Of a DNA stretch of 64,000 bases, positions 41,550 through 53,749 are shown one piece after another (within the stretch, counting starts at the first letter, position 1; each line of letters begins with the position of its first letter). Source of the DNA: Rhizophagus irregularis (lineage: Eukaryota); NCBI RefSeq assembly GCF_026210795.1, contig NC_089429.1:7378001-7442000 (forward strand), given 5' to 3'. A program made the translations under genes and the position numbers. The notes below the pieces were generated by a model. That model did no database searches, was not told the DNA's origin, and worked only from the letters and a program-made list of their open reading frames with translations.

Positions 41550-42586
41550 AGTCAATATCTAAGCACGCAGTCACACAGGAGGATATGGATTGCCTGTCTC
41601 TGCGATCAAATAACCTTTGATTTTATTTTTTCAAATTTTCAAATTTTCGTAAAATTTCAATATTTTTTTCAAGGCAAATTTTTTATGAAAAATCCCAGTA
41701 TTAATCATTTATAATTATTATTTATGTAACCGCATTATCATTTTACCATTCTTATCATTAAGCGAACCATATTACAATATTAATATAGAATACAGGTAAA
41801 TACCGTTAAATTGATTCATTATTTACATATCATTAGTTGTGATATCTAATTTAAGGTAATAATTTCCATGAAATATTTTACAAATAAAATTGGATACTAT
41901 GAAAATACACTTTAGGAGGTTTTATCAGATAAGAAAACTTTATTTTTCAGAATAGGAATGTTAATGACCGAGAAGTAACGAAGTACAAATTTGAACGATA
42001 ATTATTAATGAGGTAACACTGCATATTATGAACAATATTAATTTCAATTTTCAACGCGAAAACTGGTTATATTGATTAATTTAAATTAAACTCTTTCATT
42101 AATCAAAGTTTTATCGGAGTATCGGAAATCAAATTTTTTCCTAAGATTTTAAATTCCGTAATGAAATTTAAATAAGGATAATGATTATTGAAATTACTGA
42201 CAAATCGTTTTTTGTGAAAATGTTGATCAGTGGTATCGTCCCATCTGACTGTGAAAGATTCGTGGAATTAAAAATTTATTTCGTACAAATGCCAATGTAA
42301 CGATTGTAACATGTCATATTCTAAATTAGTCAATTTATTGTGTCCGAACTAGGAATAATCCTAATAAATTAGATAAGCTTCATGTTACTTGAAATGATAT
42401 TTTCAATAAAACAGATTATATTACGATTAATGTATATAATATTACAAAACTTATTAAATTATAAATACATGTTTTCAATTAAAAAACCAATCATTATTAA
42501 AGCTGAATCAAACTTTATTGATAATTTTTAAAGAATTTTAGAAACAGTAATCAATAATAACACTATTTTTAAAGAATTCTAGATTT

Positions 42587-42699
42587 ATTTTAAGACAAAA
42601 ATTTGAATTTACATGATTAGATATATTTTAAGACAAATATTTAAATTTACATGATTAGATATATTTTAAGACAAATATTTAAATTTACATGATTAGATA
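42587..42699. repeat. 38-bp tandem repeat, 3 copies
   Basis: TTTTAAGACAAATATTTAAATTTACATGATTAGATATA units. Confidence 0.9.
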
Positions 42700-42784
42700 C
42701 AACTATTTAAATTGAAGTGATGGACCAAAAAAATTTAAGATTATCCCCAATCTTAAATCCACCCCCGTATATTTCTCCATAATC

Positions 42785-42834
42785 AAGTCACGGGCCGTTT
42801 ACTTATAACGCGCATATTGAACGGCCCGTGACTT
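42785..42834. other. Perfect 15-bp inverted repeat (hairpin) with a 20-nt loop
   Basis: AAGTCACGGGCCGTT (42785-42799) / AACGGCCCGTGACTT (42820-42834). Confidence 0.9.
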
Positions 42835-44904
42835 TACTTATAACGCGCGTCTCCCCGCGTCTTCTCCCCACCGCTTTTTCTTGGGGATAATATTTTAAAT
42901 ATGACACGGCACGCTATATGTCGCGTGCCGTGCCCCAATTATCCACGAATTTAGTGTATGTCGTTTCATGTTGCCTTCTTGAGGACGTTTTTTGTCAGTG
43001 ATTAAAGAAGGAGGTTTATAAAATGTAATGATTTTAATGATTTTGTTAATCATTGGTTTTAGTGATTTAATAATTTGATGATTTTTAATATTTTTAATAT
43101 TTATTTTTGTCAATTTTATAGAAATCCACAAAGAAATTTTTTCATGGTTTATATATCTTAAATTTACTTATAATTTCATGTTGTTACCAAATTTAATTAA
43201 TTAATATAATTACATTACCCCTTTAAACAAACCAGCGAGGGGTTATTTAGGTTTCGAATTTAAAGTACAATAGATATTATCTTTCATTACAGGGACTATA
43301 AAGGAAATTATCAATCAAAATAGTAACGTAATAAATTTAATCATTTAAGTTACATATTTCAATAAATTATTATAACTGATAATCGCTAAATAAAATAAAG
43401 AATTCCTTTAATTCATCACAATCGGAATTACCGCGTTATTTTAAAAAATTATTCCAAATATAGATCACAAGAAGAATGAAGTATATATTAATTAACCGAA
43501 TTCAGCAGCAATTCATCTAAATGGATTCGTGTACTTCGAAATTCATATGGTGAAACATTTATTATATTCAATAACGAAATGGACCAGTTATAGTATGAAT
43601 AGTATGAATAAGCATTCAAGATTCATATTTCTAGGCCAAAAATATCATCATTAACTAAACAAAATAATATGAGTCATTCAAATATAGATAATCAATAGGT
43701 AGGTTATAAGCTTATATCATATGTTTATCTCACAAAAATCGGAAAGTCTATTATTTCTGACAATTCCGATAATCCCAAAAATAGGTTACAGGATCGGGAA
43801 TTTATTAAACAAGAAGAATTTCAAATTTCTGGACCAGTCGTATTTCCTACAGTACAGTATGGATATGCATAATCTTTTATCATTCATACAAAATTACAAT
43901 CAGGATTCAGGAATTTTTCGGGACTGATCCGATATACGAGATAGATTATCTAGAATAAATTTTTAGACGACAACCCATAAAAATAAATTTTATGAACAAA
44001 AAGGAGAAATTAAATTAGCCGAATGCCATCACTATTGTCCAATCATCAATCCATTTGAATGGAAGATCATATTGTATTTGTACTATCTGACTATCTCACA
44101 AAGTTTAAACTTTAATACATTTATGATGAAAGTTTATTAAACAAGGTATTTCTTTCAAATGCAACTTTCATTGGTATGAGTCTTTTATTGTTTCGGTTTA
44201 AAATTTCAAACCTTTTTAATCAATGAAACTAAAGAACGTCATAAAATTAGTGTTACAAATATCAATAAAATTTGTCATCTCATCGAGGATTTAACTTATA
44301 CGAAAATCCTTGTAAATAAATACAAAGAAAATTTAAACCAATAGATTTTTATGATAAATCAGGAGTAATGTACACTAAAAAATTGCTAAATGCATCACTG
44401 TGCATCCCACGTGAAATACAAATCATATGACATACAAATACGAATTTTTGATTGGCTCATCTTTTAATTTTATTATAAGAAAAAGAAATTTTTTTTTAGA
44501 ATGAATATAATTGATGAGGTTAAGGGTAAATTACATCCCAACACTACCAAAAATGAATAGAATTAACAAATAAAGCAAGACTATAGATAATGATATCGAT
44601 TACATATCAAATAAAATAACATCTAAGCAGATTAATGAAAATAAAACAAGAATAAGATAGCCATTAACATTTTGTTTCTGAAGATTTTAAGGTATCATTC
44701 CTACAAAAAAAAAAGAATAAAAGAACGTTAGTACATGCTCCTGAACAAAGGAAGTAAAAAAAAAAATAAAAAGTTCTATTTTACTATTTTTGCTATAAAA
44801 AATACTGATAATTAACATTTATCATCTTAAACTACTTTATTAAGTTAATAAATGGCCTTATAAGGCTGCACCAATTCAATTTTTCATTTAATATAACCCC
44901 CCTC

Positions 44905-47082
44905 TAGGGATTGGAATTGATTCCCATTATTGGAATCGATTTTAAAATCGATTAATCACGATTAATCGTTTCACAAATATCGATTTTAAGATTCGATTTT
45001 CAATTTTTGATAATCAAAACTAATCGAATTTATATTTCACAAAAAATACAAATTACGGTGCAAATTTATAATTATACTTAAAAGATTATTTATAATAATA
45101 GAATTTTTATATTTTAATGAATTTATTCAATTAAAAGTAATATAATTTGAGAATGTCAAATTCACCGATCACACCCATGTTTTTGATTGGTTACGCGATT
45201 ACGCTATCATCAATAAATGTTTATTTGTTTATTATTTCTAGTACTTTCCCAACTTTAAACCCTTTGCTCAGCTGGTATGTTTTTCTTTTTTTTTCTTTTA
45301 TTGTTTTTATATTTTATTTCTTGCTAACTTTATTTTATTCTCTTTAAGTTCTTACTCCTTTCAGTCTTTTGCTCTTTGCAATTAAGGTGTGTTTAGTATT
45401 ACATAGTCACGATTTTTTGAAGTTTTTGTTTTTTTTTTATTTTGTCTCTTACACTTCGTTTCTTATATTTTGTTCCTTACATTTCCTTTTTAACTTTATT
45501 TTGTTTTCTTTTAGGTCCTTAGTTCTTCTCGGTGTGTTCTTTCTTTTTTTATTTTTTTTATTATTTTTTTTATTTTGTCTATCATATTTTATTTATTTTA
45601 TGGTTTTTATTTGGTCAGTTGGTTTCCTTCATTTTTTTATTCCCTACTATTTTTTTATCTTTTGTTTCCATTGTTACTTTTATTTCCTTAATTTTTCATT
45701 TCTTTTTCACTCCACTTCATTTTTTTTCGTTCCTTTTCGCTCGTCTCTCGTTTCTTTCACTCCTTTTCACTCCCCGTGTTTTATATCGTGTATGCAAATG
45801 ATTAGAAATTGACAGAGAAGTTGGCAAATTTTTTTCTGTCTTTAAGTGGACTGAAAATATGTTATAAAGGCCTTCATTTTCTTTTATTCCTTTCGTTTCC
45901 CTTCGTTTTTTTCATTCCTTTTCACTCCTTCATTTTTTTCGTTCCTTTTTATCCCCTTTGTTTTTTTTATTCCTTTTTCACCTCTCTTTTGCTTCTTTCA
46001 TTTTTTTTTACTCCACCTTTGTTTCTTTCATTACTTTTTATTCCTCTTCATTTATTTTCGTCTTCTTCCCTTCACTTCTTTTGTTGATCTTTATTCATTA
46101 TTTTTTTCATTATATTTTGTTTCTTACTCTTCTTTTTGTTATTGCACATTCTCTTCATTTTATTTTCATTATTTCTGTTATTTCCATAAATAAATAAATA
46201 AATAAAAATTGTTAATATTTATATTTTTAATCAATAAAATGTATCTTTAATTAATAAATTATTATTATTATCATTATAAATGTGTAAGCATTTAGTTTGC
46301 AAATAAAAATTTCATTACATTTTAAAAGTTACTTTAAAAAAAATTTTTGATATTTTGATTACAAATGATATAATACATATTATTCTAACAAAGAGTTCAT
46401 CTGCTTCATCACGTAATGACATAATACTTCCTTGTTTAATACTGCAAAATGCTAACTTGTATCATTAATAAACATTTATTAACTACCCCAGTGGCACCGA
46501 CAAATTTTAGCGGTCACGTGATCGATTTTTTGATGATCATCTCCAAAAATGGCAAGCATATTTAACGAAAAAAAATTTTCTTTTTATTTTTGAAATAAAA
46601 CTTAACCCAGACATTATGTCATTTTAAAACTCACACACTATATCTAATTTTTCTCGTTCTGCAAGTTTACTTAGGCAATAAAGGTAGGTTTTGGATACAG
46701 ATTTTTGTAAAATTAATTATTTACGAATCATCATATAAAAAGTCAAAATCCATATCCGAACCCTACTTTTATCACCTAGGTAAACTTGTAGAGTGGGCAA
46801 AAATACACATTTCTTGTAAGTTTAAAAAATGTATGATATTTGTTATCAAGTTTTATTTTTATTTTTTATTTTTTCGTTAAAATTAACTTATCCATTTTAG
46901 GAATGATCTGCGAAATCGATCACGTGATCGCTAAAATTTGTCGGTGCCACTGGGGTAGTTACATTTATTAACGATACTGCGCCACAATAAATAGATTTGA
47001 TTTTTATTTGATAATTGATTTAAAATCGATTCTTGTCAATTTTCAATAGATACGATTTTAATCGAATCTTTTCCAATTCCTA
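44905..47082. mobile_element. Non-autonomous hAT-like element with a T-rich low-complexity interior
   Basis: TIR TAGGGATTGGAA / TTCCAATTCCTA; degenerate 8-bp TSD CCCCCCTC/TCTCCCTC; AATCGATT subterminal repeats. Confidence 0.75.
46481..46960. mobile_element. MITE with ~47-bp TIRs (AAC...GTT ends) and 9-bp TSD
   Basis: AACTACCCCAGTGGCACCGACAAATTTTAGCGRTCACGTGATCGATTT at both ends (1 mismatch); TSD ACATTTATT (46472-46480, 46961-46969). Confidence 0.95.
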
Positions 47083-50000
47083 TCTCCCTCCCCTGTTTTT
47101 AGATTTTTTATATAAAAAAAATACATGTAATTTAGGCTGAAATTAGATAAATCTTTAAGTCTTGACCAGAATTATCATCCAAAATTTTTGCTCTTTCTTT
47201 TGATCAAAATTTTGGCCAAAATTAATGGTAATTCTGGCTATGTATTTTATTTTATATATTATTTTTTGTCCTCTTTCTTCCTAAATTGAGACTCCTATAT
47301 TATGTTAAATAAAGAATTAGCTTGAAGTGGTCTAAGCGTACTATATAGAATAAATCTAATAATACTAAATTTTATGGCCCTATAAAAAATATTGTCCAAA
47401 TATTATTCAGTTTTTTGTTCAAAAAATTGACCTGTTCTGAACATTTATTACTTGACACTTATTGGACATTCATCATAATATTGTACGTTTTTTATATGGT
47501 CAAAAATTCTCAATCTTCGCATCTTATATTAAATTGTAACAAATATTGTATAATAGCGTGCAAGTATCCAGAAAATTAGCTCTATTCTGATTTCTAAATA
47601 TTTATCAGACAAACATTTTTTATAAGGTGAAAAAAAAAGTGGATTGATGTAAATATATTTAAATACCAGAAATAATATATGGTTCATTTTAAATAAACCA
47701 AAAATGTTTCAAATTTTTCATCCCTAATTGTTTTTTAAAATCTGTTAATTTGTATTTATACTTAAATAAACATTTTAAATTGACTCAACAAATTATAATC
47801 CAGTGATTATTAGCCCATTATGTATTTTTTTAATTAACTGTTTAATTTATTCATTTACCTCACCCTCAAAAAATTATAAAAATATGATACAAATGAATAA
47901 ACAATTTATGTAAATTTTGCTGTTATATCAAAATATTTTTAAAAACTATAAAATAAGGGCAAAAATTTAAATATTAATTAATATACGAACTAATTAAATA
48001 AATTAATTAAAACTAAAAACTAAATAAATTTAGAATATTTACAATAAAAAAAAAGATGAATTAATTAAAATAAAATTATTGATATAATATCAATCCTTCC
48101 ATTGATTCTAAATATTAACAACCCTTTAAAACATTGAGGTTAATAGTTATGCAGAATTACTGAATCTGGCTTAGTTTTAAAAAAAAAAATTAGAATTATA
48201 AATAAAGCACTGTAATTATATTTAGTACTAAAATATACTGAAATTCTATTAAATTAATAATATATATAATAATGGTAATTCTTAACAATTAAATAAAATA
48301 AATAAATTAGGTTTAATTTTAAAAAATATAATTAATTTATCTATTATCTGGTATTAATATAAAATAATTCTTTCTAATATTATTCTTATTTTCTGATAAA
48401 TCAATATTTTTATTATTTTATTCAATTGGCTAAAAAATTAAGAATTTTAAGTTTAAAAAATTTTTTTTAAAAAAATTTCTTTAATATCTTGTATATTTAA
48501 AAGTTCTAACCAATTTTTTCTTTTTTAAGTCCCAACTTTATCTTAACTGTTGCTAAATATAAATAATCATCAACTATTATAAGTTAGCTTCAATTTCAGT
48601 TTTTTGTTTCCTATAAAACTCTTAGCAATCATCCTTCCTATAAAAAATTTTATCTATTATTTCTGTAAAAACTCTGTAAAAATAAGCCTTTTATAAATCC
48701 ATTCATGGAAAATACAAATAATTTGATAAATTCTGTTATTAATTCCAAAAATATAAGCCTTTTACAGAAAAAAAATGGAATAAAAAAAAATGGATTGATT
48801 TTTTTTACAAAGTCCACTTAAATTATTTTATTTACATAATATTTCAATATAGTTTCACAACTAAACAATTAATTAAAATTGATTCTTCATAAGTAAAATT
48901 TGACTTTTTTTCAATAAATCCTATATATATTAATTATATATATTATATAATCATCAGCTGATTAGCATCAGAAATTAACATCCATCTGAAATAAAATTCA
49001 ATTAACTTATTATTTTCCAATATTTCTGAAAATTATATATGTATATAAAATTCTTTCTCTATATTCTATACTTTTATTATACTATTAAGTACTATCAGCT
49101 AATTCTATTATAACTGATTAATTAACATTTATTATAATAATTATAGATGTCATAGATGTTTCATATGTCTAATCATCCTATATAAAATATAAGTTAAATA
49201 GTAATTCCTATAAAAAGTCTTTATACTTAAAATATACTTAAAATTTTATTAAAATATACTTAAAATAAATATCAATTTTAATTTGTGATATACTTATAAT
49301 ATATCTAAAATATGCTTAAAACACTCTTAAAATATACTTTTAATATATATTTTTTGCTCAAATAGGCAAATACTTAAATTATACTTAAAATATACTTAAA
49401 TTAGAATTTAAATATAATATAAAATTATCATAAATGCAAAAAAAAATATTCAATTACTATACAAATTCATTCAATTGGAATAATAGTTTTATTAAATAGC
49501 TATTATTGTTTATCTGGCTAATTTTAATATTAAGTTTAGTATAGCTTCACTTTTTAATTTATTTATTTAAAAATATGTTAACTAATTTTCTTACTATTTT
49601 TTTATTGTAGTTTTAGGATTATTGGTATATTGGATGAATGGAAAATTAAAATAATTGTAGATTTATTTTAATTAAGGTTTTGGATTTGATGGTAAATTTT
49701 AGATATTTATTTGTTTTATTTTATTTTTATTTTTTTATTAATTTTAATTTTTTCTACTTATTCATATAGATTTGTTAAATTTATTAATTTTTTCCTTTTT
49801 TTTTTATAAGTTCTGGTAATTTGAAATTTGAAATTTGAAATGATAAGTTTTATTACAAAAATTTTGATTTTTTATTTATTTTTTTTTATTTGATTGAAAC
49901 ATTTTATTATTTTTTTTGTAGGCTTTGGATCAGATATTTGAAAGATCAGATCAGATTATTATTACAAAACTTATTTTATTTTTTTTTATATTATTTTTTT

Positions 50001-50939
50001 TTGTAGGCTATAGTTTGTACTTTGTAAATTTAGATCTTTAAAGTTTTTAGAATCGAAAGGATAAGTTTCATAATTTTTACTATAAAACTTTCAATTTATT
50101 ATTATTGGGAATATTTTACTAACATTTTTTCTTTTCTTATAAATTTGGAACTTTAAGATTAAATTATAACTGATTTAGTATTAGTATTATTTATATGTTA
50201 GATAATTGCAATATTATGTTTACTGATTAAAAAATACCATTACTATATGCATTTATTTTTAATATCAATATACTGTAGTATTATATAATGAAGGTCACAG
50301 TATCCTGAGAATGATACAGATTTCAGAGGTTTTAACCTTATACTTTCACCATTATGTGAGTTTTTATTATTAGTAGATATATATAAAACATATAATAATT
50401 AGGTATTTATCATATATAATACCTAGATATTTATTAAATTATTTTAAATAATATAATTGGTAAAAAATGGAAGTTCTTTTGTGTAGGATACTGTGCATAG
50501 AAAGTACTATGGTCACAAAATACAGTACACATTTTTATACACTATATACAAGCATAGCAAACATTACTATTTTATCATTTTAACAATTTTAATAATCATT
50601 TATCGATCAATTATTCAATTTATCACTTTACTATAATAAATTAGCTAAAATCTTACATAATAATATGTGCTCAAATAGCCAACATTTATTTAAATTTACT
50701 GCATATTAAATTTTATTAAGATTGCATTATTATTGAATAACTTCTACTAGTAGTAACTTTTTGAATTTTAATAAAATATTGTTTTATTAAGTTAATTGGA
50801 AATTTTATACATTAGTATTGAGCTTAATGATAAAACTCACTGCAAGTTAATAAATTCTATTAGAATTGCATTATTATTAAATAAAACTTTTTAGTAGTGA
50901 CTTCAAGTTTTAATAAAAATGTATAAACTTACTTTTATT

Positions 50940-51308
50940 TAAATAAATTATAAATTTTTATAATTTGACTATTGTTAATATAAAATTTCAAATTGATTAT
51001 CTATATTTTGTTCTAAAGTACTTGTATATTTTCATCATTACTTTCACCTTTGTTTTCTTTTCAACTAAAGATATTTCATTATCTTTTAATGGAGTAGTTA
51101 ATTTTGCTATTAAGACACTAATATTTTTTTGAACTCCAAATGATAAATAATTAAAACAATTATTATATTTACCATTGCATAAAGCTAAACATTCTTTATG
51201 AAAACTATACCTACAAATCAAAACAATACCATTAAATGAATCTATATTATTAAGTAATAAACAATTTTTTGCATCACAAAATTTATTATTAGCAGGTTTA
51301 TGTACCAC
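50940..51308 (-). pseudogene. 3' remnant (RING-like tail) of the same transposase family as 57906-60664
   Basis: NKFCDAKNCL...VLICRYSFHKECL...CFNYLS...PLKDNEIS aligns with DKICDAENCL...ILICGHSYHKECL...CFNYLS...PLKDNEIS at ~60320-60525. Confidence 0.85.
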
Positions 51309-51309
51309 T

Positions 51310-53160
51310 TATTACAGCTGATGATAATGGAGCTGTAATAGAAGTAAGTACATCAGCTTTATAAGTAACATTTAAAGGTTTACTATCAAGTTTTAGTACA
51401 TCTATAGCTTTATTACTCTATGTTTACTGTCTAAATTAACTATAATTGGAGCAAATCCATCTGACGTTATCGCTTTTTGATCAATTTCAACTAAGTACCA
51501 ACTGCTATCATTCCTGGAAGTATATATCCTCAATTTAAGCTAATAACTTCTGTGCAATTAGTGCCAATGAACTCTAAGTCTCTACCAAACCATCTTTAAT
51601 ATTATGCTAATATTAATATTTTTACCATTCAACGATGAATTAGATTCAATAATAGTATCTACATCTATAAAGACTTTTTCAATATTCTTTATAATATAAA
51701 CAGATGATGCTGTTCTTTCCAGTGTTGTCAAATGACACAGAAATGACATTGAAATGATATTAAATGACATCGATTTTACTATGAAAATGTATGAGAAATG
51801 ACAAATGTCATTTGAAAAATGGGCAAATGATATGGCAATTTAACAACACTGGTTCTTTCCCCTGTATTATCATTCTTCATAGAAAAATGATCCTTTTAGT
51901 AGAATTTGTAAAAACAGAAACAGGAGTAGTATCAAATTGGGGAATACCGTCGATATAAACTTCTAATGGGGTAGCCCTCAAATCAAGTAGGTGAGAATCC
52001 CACACAACAATAAACTGATGCTATGGCTAATTTCTCATCAAGTTATAATGATGTGCTTTTGCTGCTTCAAATGCTAAATATTGTGCATTTGTTACAAGAT
52101 GATCTGACTTACTGCTACAGGTATACCAGCGTCTGCTAATATTTTTGGTGAACGCGTACTTGCTTGAAATGCTTCTTTTTTATATCCCCATAAATCTGAA
52201 AATGTTGCTGTAGTAATCTGTGAACTTGCTCTTTTTATTACGTCTGGAATACGATATGCATCTAATGCATGGTGCTGTTATTGTAAAATTAAATTCTAAT
52301 GAATTCTTATCATAGTTTCGGTATCAAACGTCTAAAATCAAAAGGGAACAAAATTTTTTAGCAACTTCACACAATATTTACACGATAAAAAAAAAGTTCA
52401 CACATAAATCACCTCATAGCAATTATAGCATCTAAATAAAGCAATTAGACTGTCATATTATAAATCTTCGGGAAATGGGTTATTTAATTGTTCATTAGTA
52501 GAAATTTTAACCATCTCCATTCCTTTTCTTCTTCGGGATTAATACCATAATTTATTCCCATATCTTCTACTGATAATGTTGTAACTGGTCGCATTTTTAT
52601 TACATATCCACTCTCCCCCCCATTAAATTTCAACATTGATGATGTTGTTATTTCCACTAATTGCTATACCACATGGAAAAGTTAATAATATGAATGTATT
52701 TTAGATAAAGAAAAAAACACTATTAAAGTAACTTTACCAGGGTCACTTGGATTTATCGCATCCTTCGCACGAACCTATTTAAAATAAAAAATTCGGATCA
52801 ATTTTTGTTTTTTTTAAAAAAAAAATAAGAAAAATAATTTAATTTAAAAAAAGAAATAATTTAATTTAATACTAATAAGTGGATCTGTTTCTTCGTTACC
52901 ATCATCTGTATCTCTTAAATTTGGCCATGACAGTATCACCAGTTACATTAATCCTTCGCTTAATCTCTTTCAAACTTAGAATAATACCATCTTTTAATAT
53001 TAGATCACCGATAAAATCTCCACCAATGCCATCCAATATTCTAGCATTTTTTAGTAAAACATTTTTAGTTCCAGGAACAAATCTAGGATTTCCTATTCTG
53101 GATATGATTGTTATCGGGTTTAATCCTTTTTATTTCTTCACATTTTGATATCCCATATTT
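51310..53160 (-). pseudogene. Decayed fungal amidohydrolase-superfamily gene (two-domain type)
   Basis: NPRFVPGTKNVLLKNARILDG...GDLILKDGII, HALDAYRIP, TFSDLWGYKKEAFQ, AFEAAKAHHY, VVWDSHLLDLRATPLEVYIDG, LVEIDQ; introns present; many frameshifts. Confidence 0.75.
51720..51851. mobile_element. hAT MITE inside the amidohydrolase pseudogene
   Basis: TIR CAGTGTTG / CAACACTG; perfect 8-bp TSD GTTCTTTC (51712-51719, 51852-51859); AAATGACA subterminal repeats. Confidence 0.9.
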
Positions 53161-53608
53161 ATACGTTTCGTATGATATACCACTTGAATATTGTGCAGAT
53201 TTATGTGAAAACGAAGTATAATGAATTATATATTGTATATAATAAATCAAATATTATGAATGCTAAAAATGGTAGAATATTTTTTCAGATTTGGTATTTT
53301 TTTTATTAAAATCATTTTTAACTTGTTGGTTAACATTATTATATTTTGTCATTATCTCAAATTTTTTTAAACGAAAGGATATTTTTTTTTTCATCTTGAT
53401 TCAAAGATAAAACTGATCTTAAATTATAAAGTCTGTACCATATATGAATTATATGATGTATATCCGATATGCATTTATTTTAATCTTTGATCTTTTTTAT
53501 TTAATATTTTGTGATCCACAATTTATATTATTCAATTATGAATTGTATTATGAATTGTTATTAATGCAAGTAGTTAATAATAATAATTAATAAAGAAATA
53601 CCACTATA

Positions 53609-53730
53609 CTGTCAACGCTCGTTATAGTGAAGCTCGTTATAGTAAATTTGGCTTATAGTGAACTTTTTTTATTCCCCCAGTTCACTTGCTAATAAATCTT
53701 ATAAAATCTCGATATTAGATGTAGTAAACT
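53609..53730. mobile_element. Truncated pogo-like MITE end
   Basis: TA followed by CTGTCAACGCTCGTTATAGTGAA, with internal CTCGTTATAGT repeats; no partner TIR seen. Confidence 0.45.
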
Positions 53731-53749
53731 TTTTAAAAATTTTATATAT

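Noticed and set aside
45147..46197. Long Phe/Leu-rich ORFs as membrane proteins
   Set aside because: Artefacts of T-rich low-complexity DNA inside a non-autonomous hAT element; overlapping ORFs occur in several frames.
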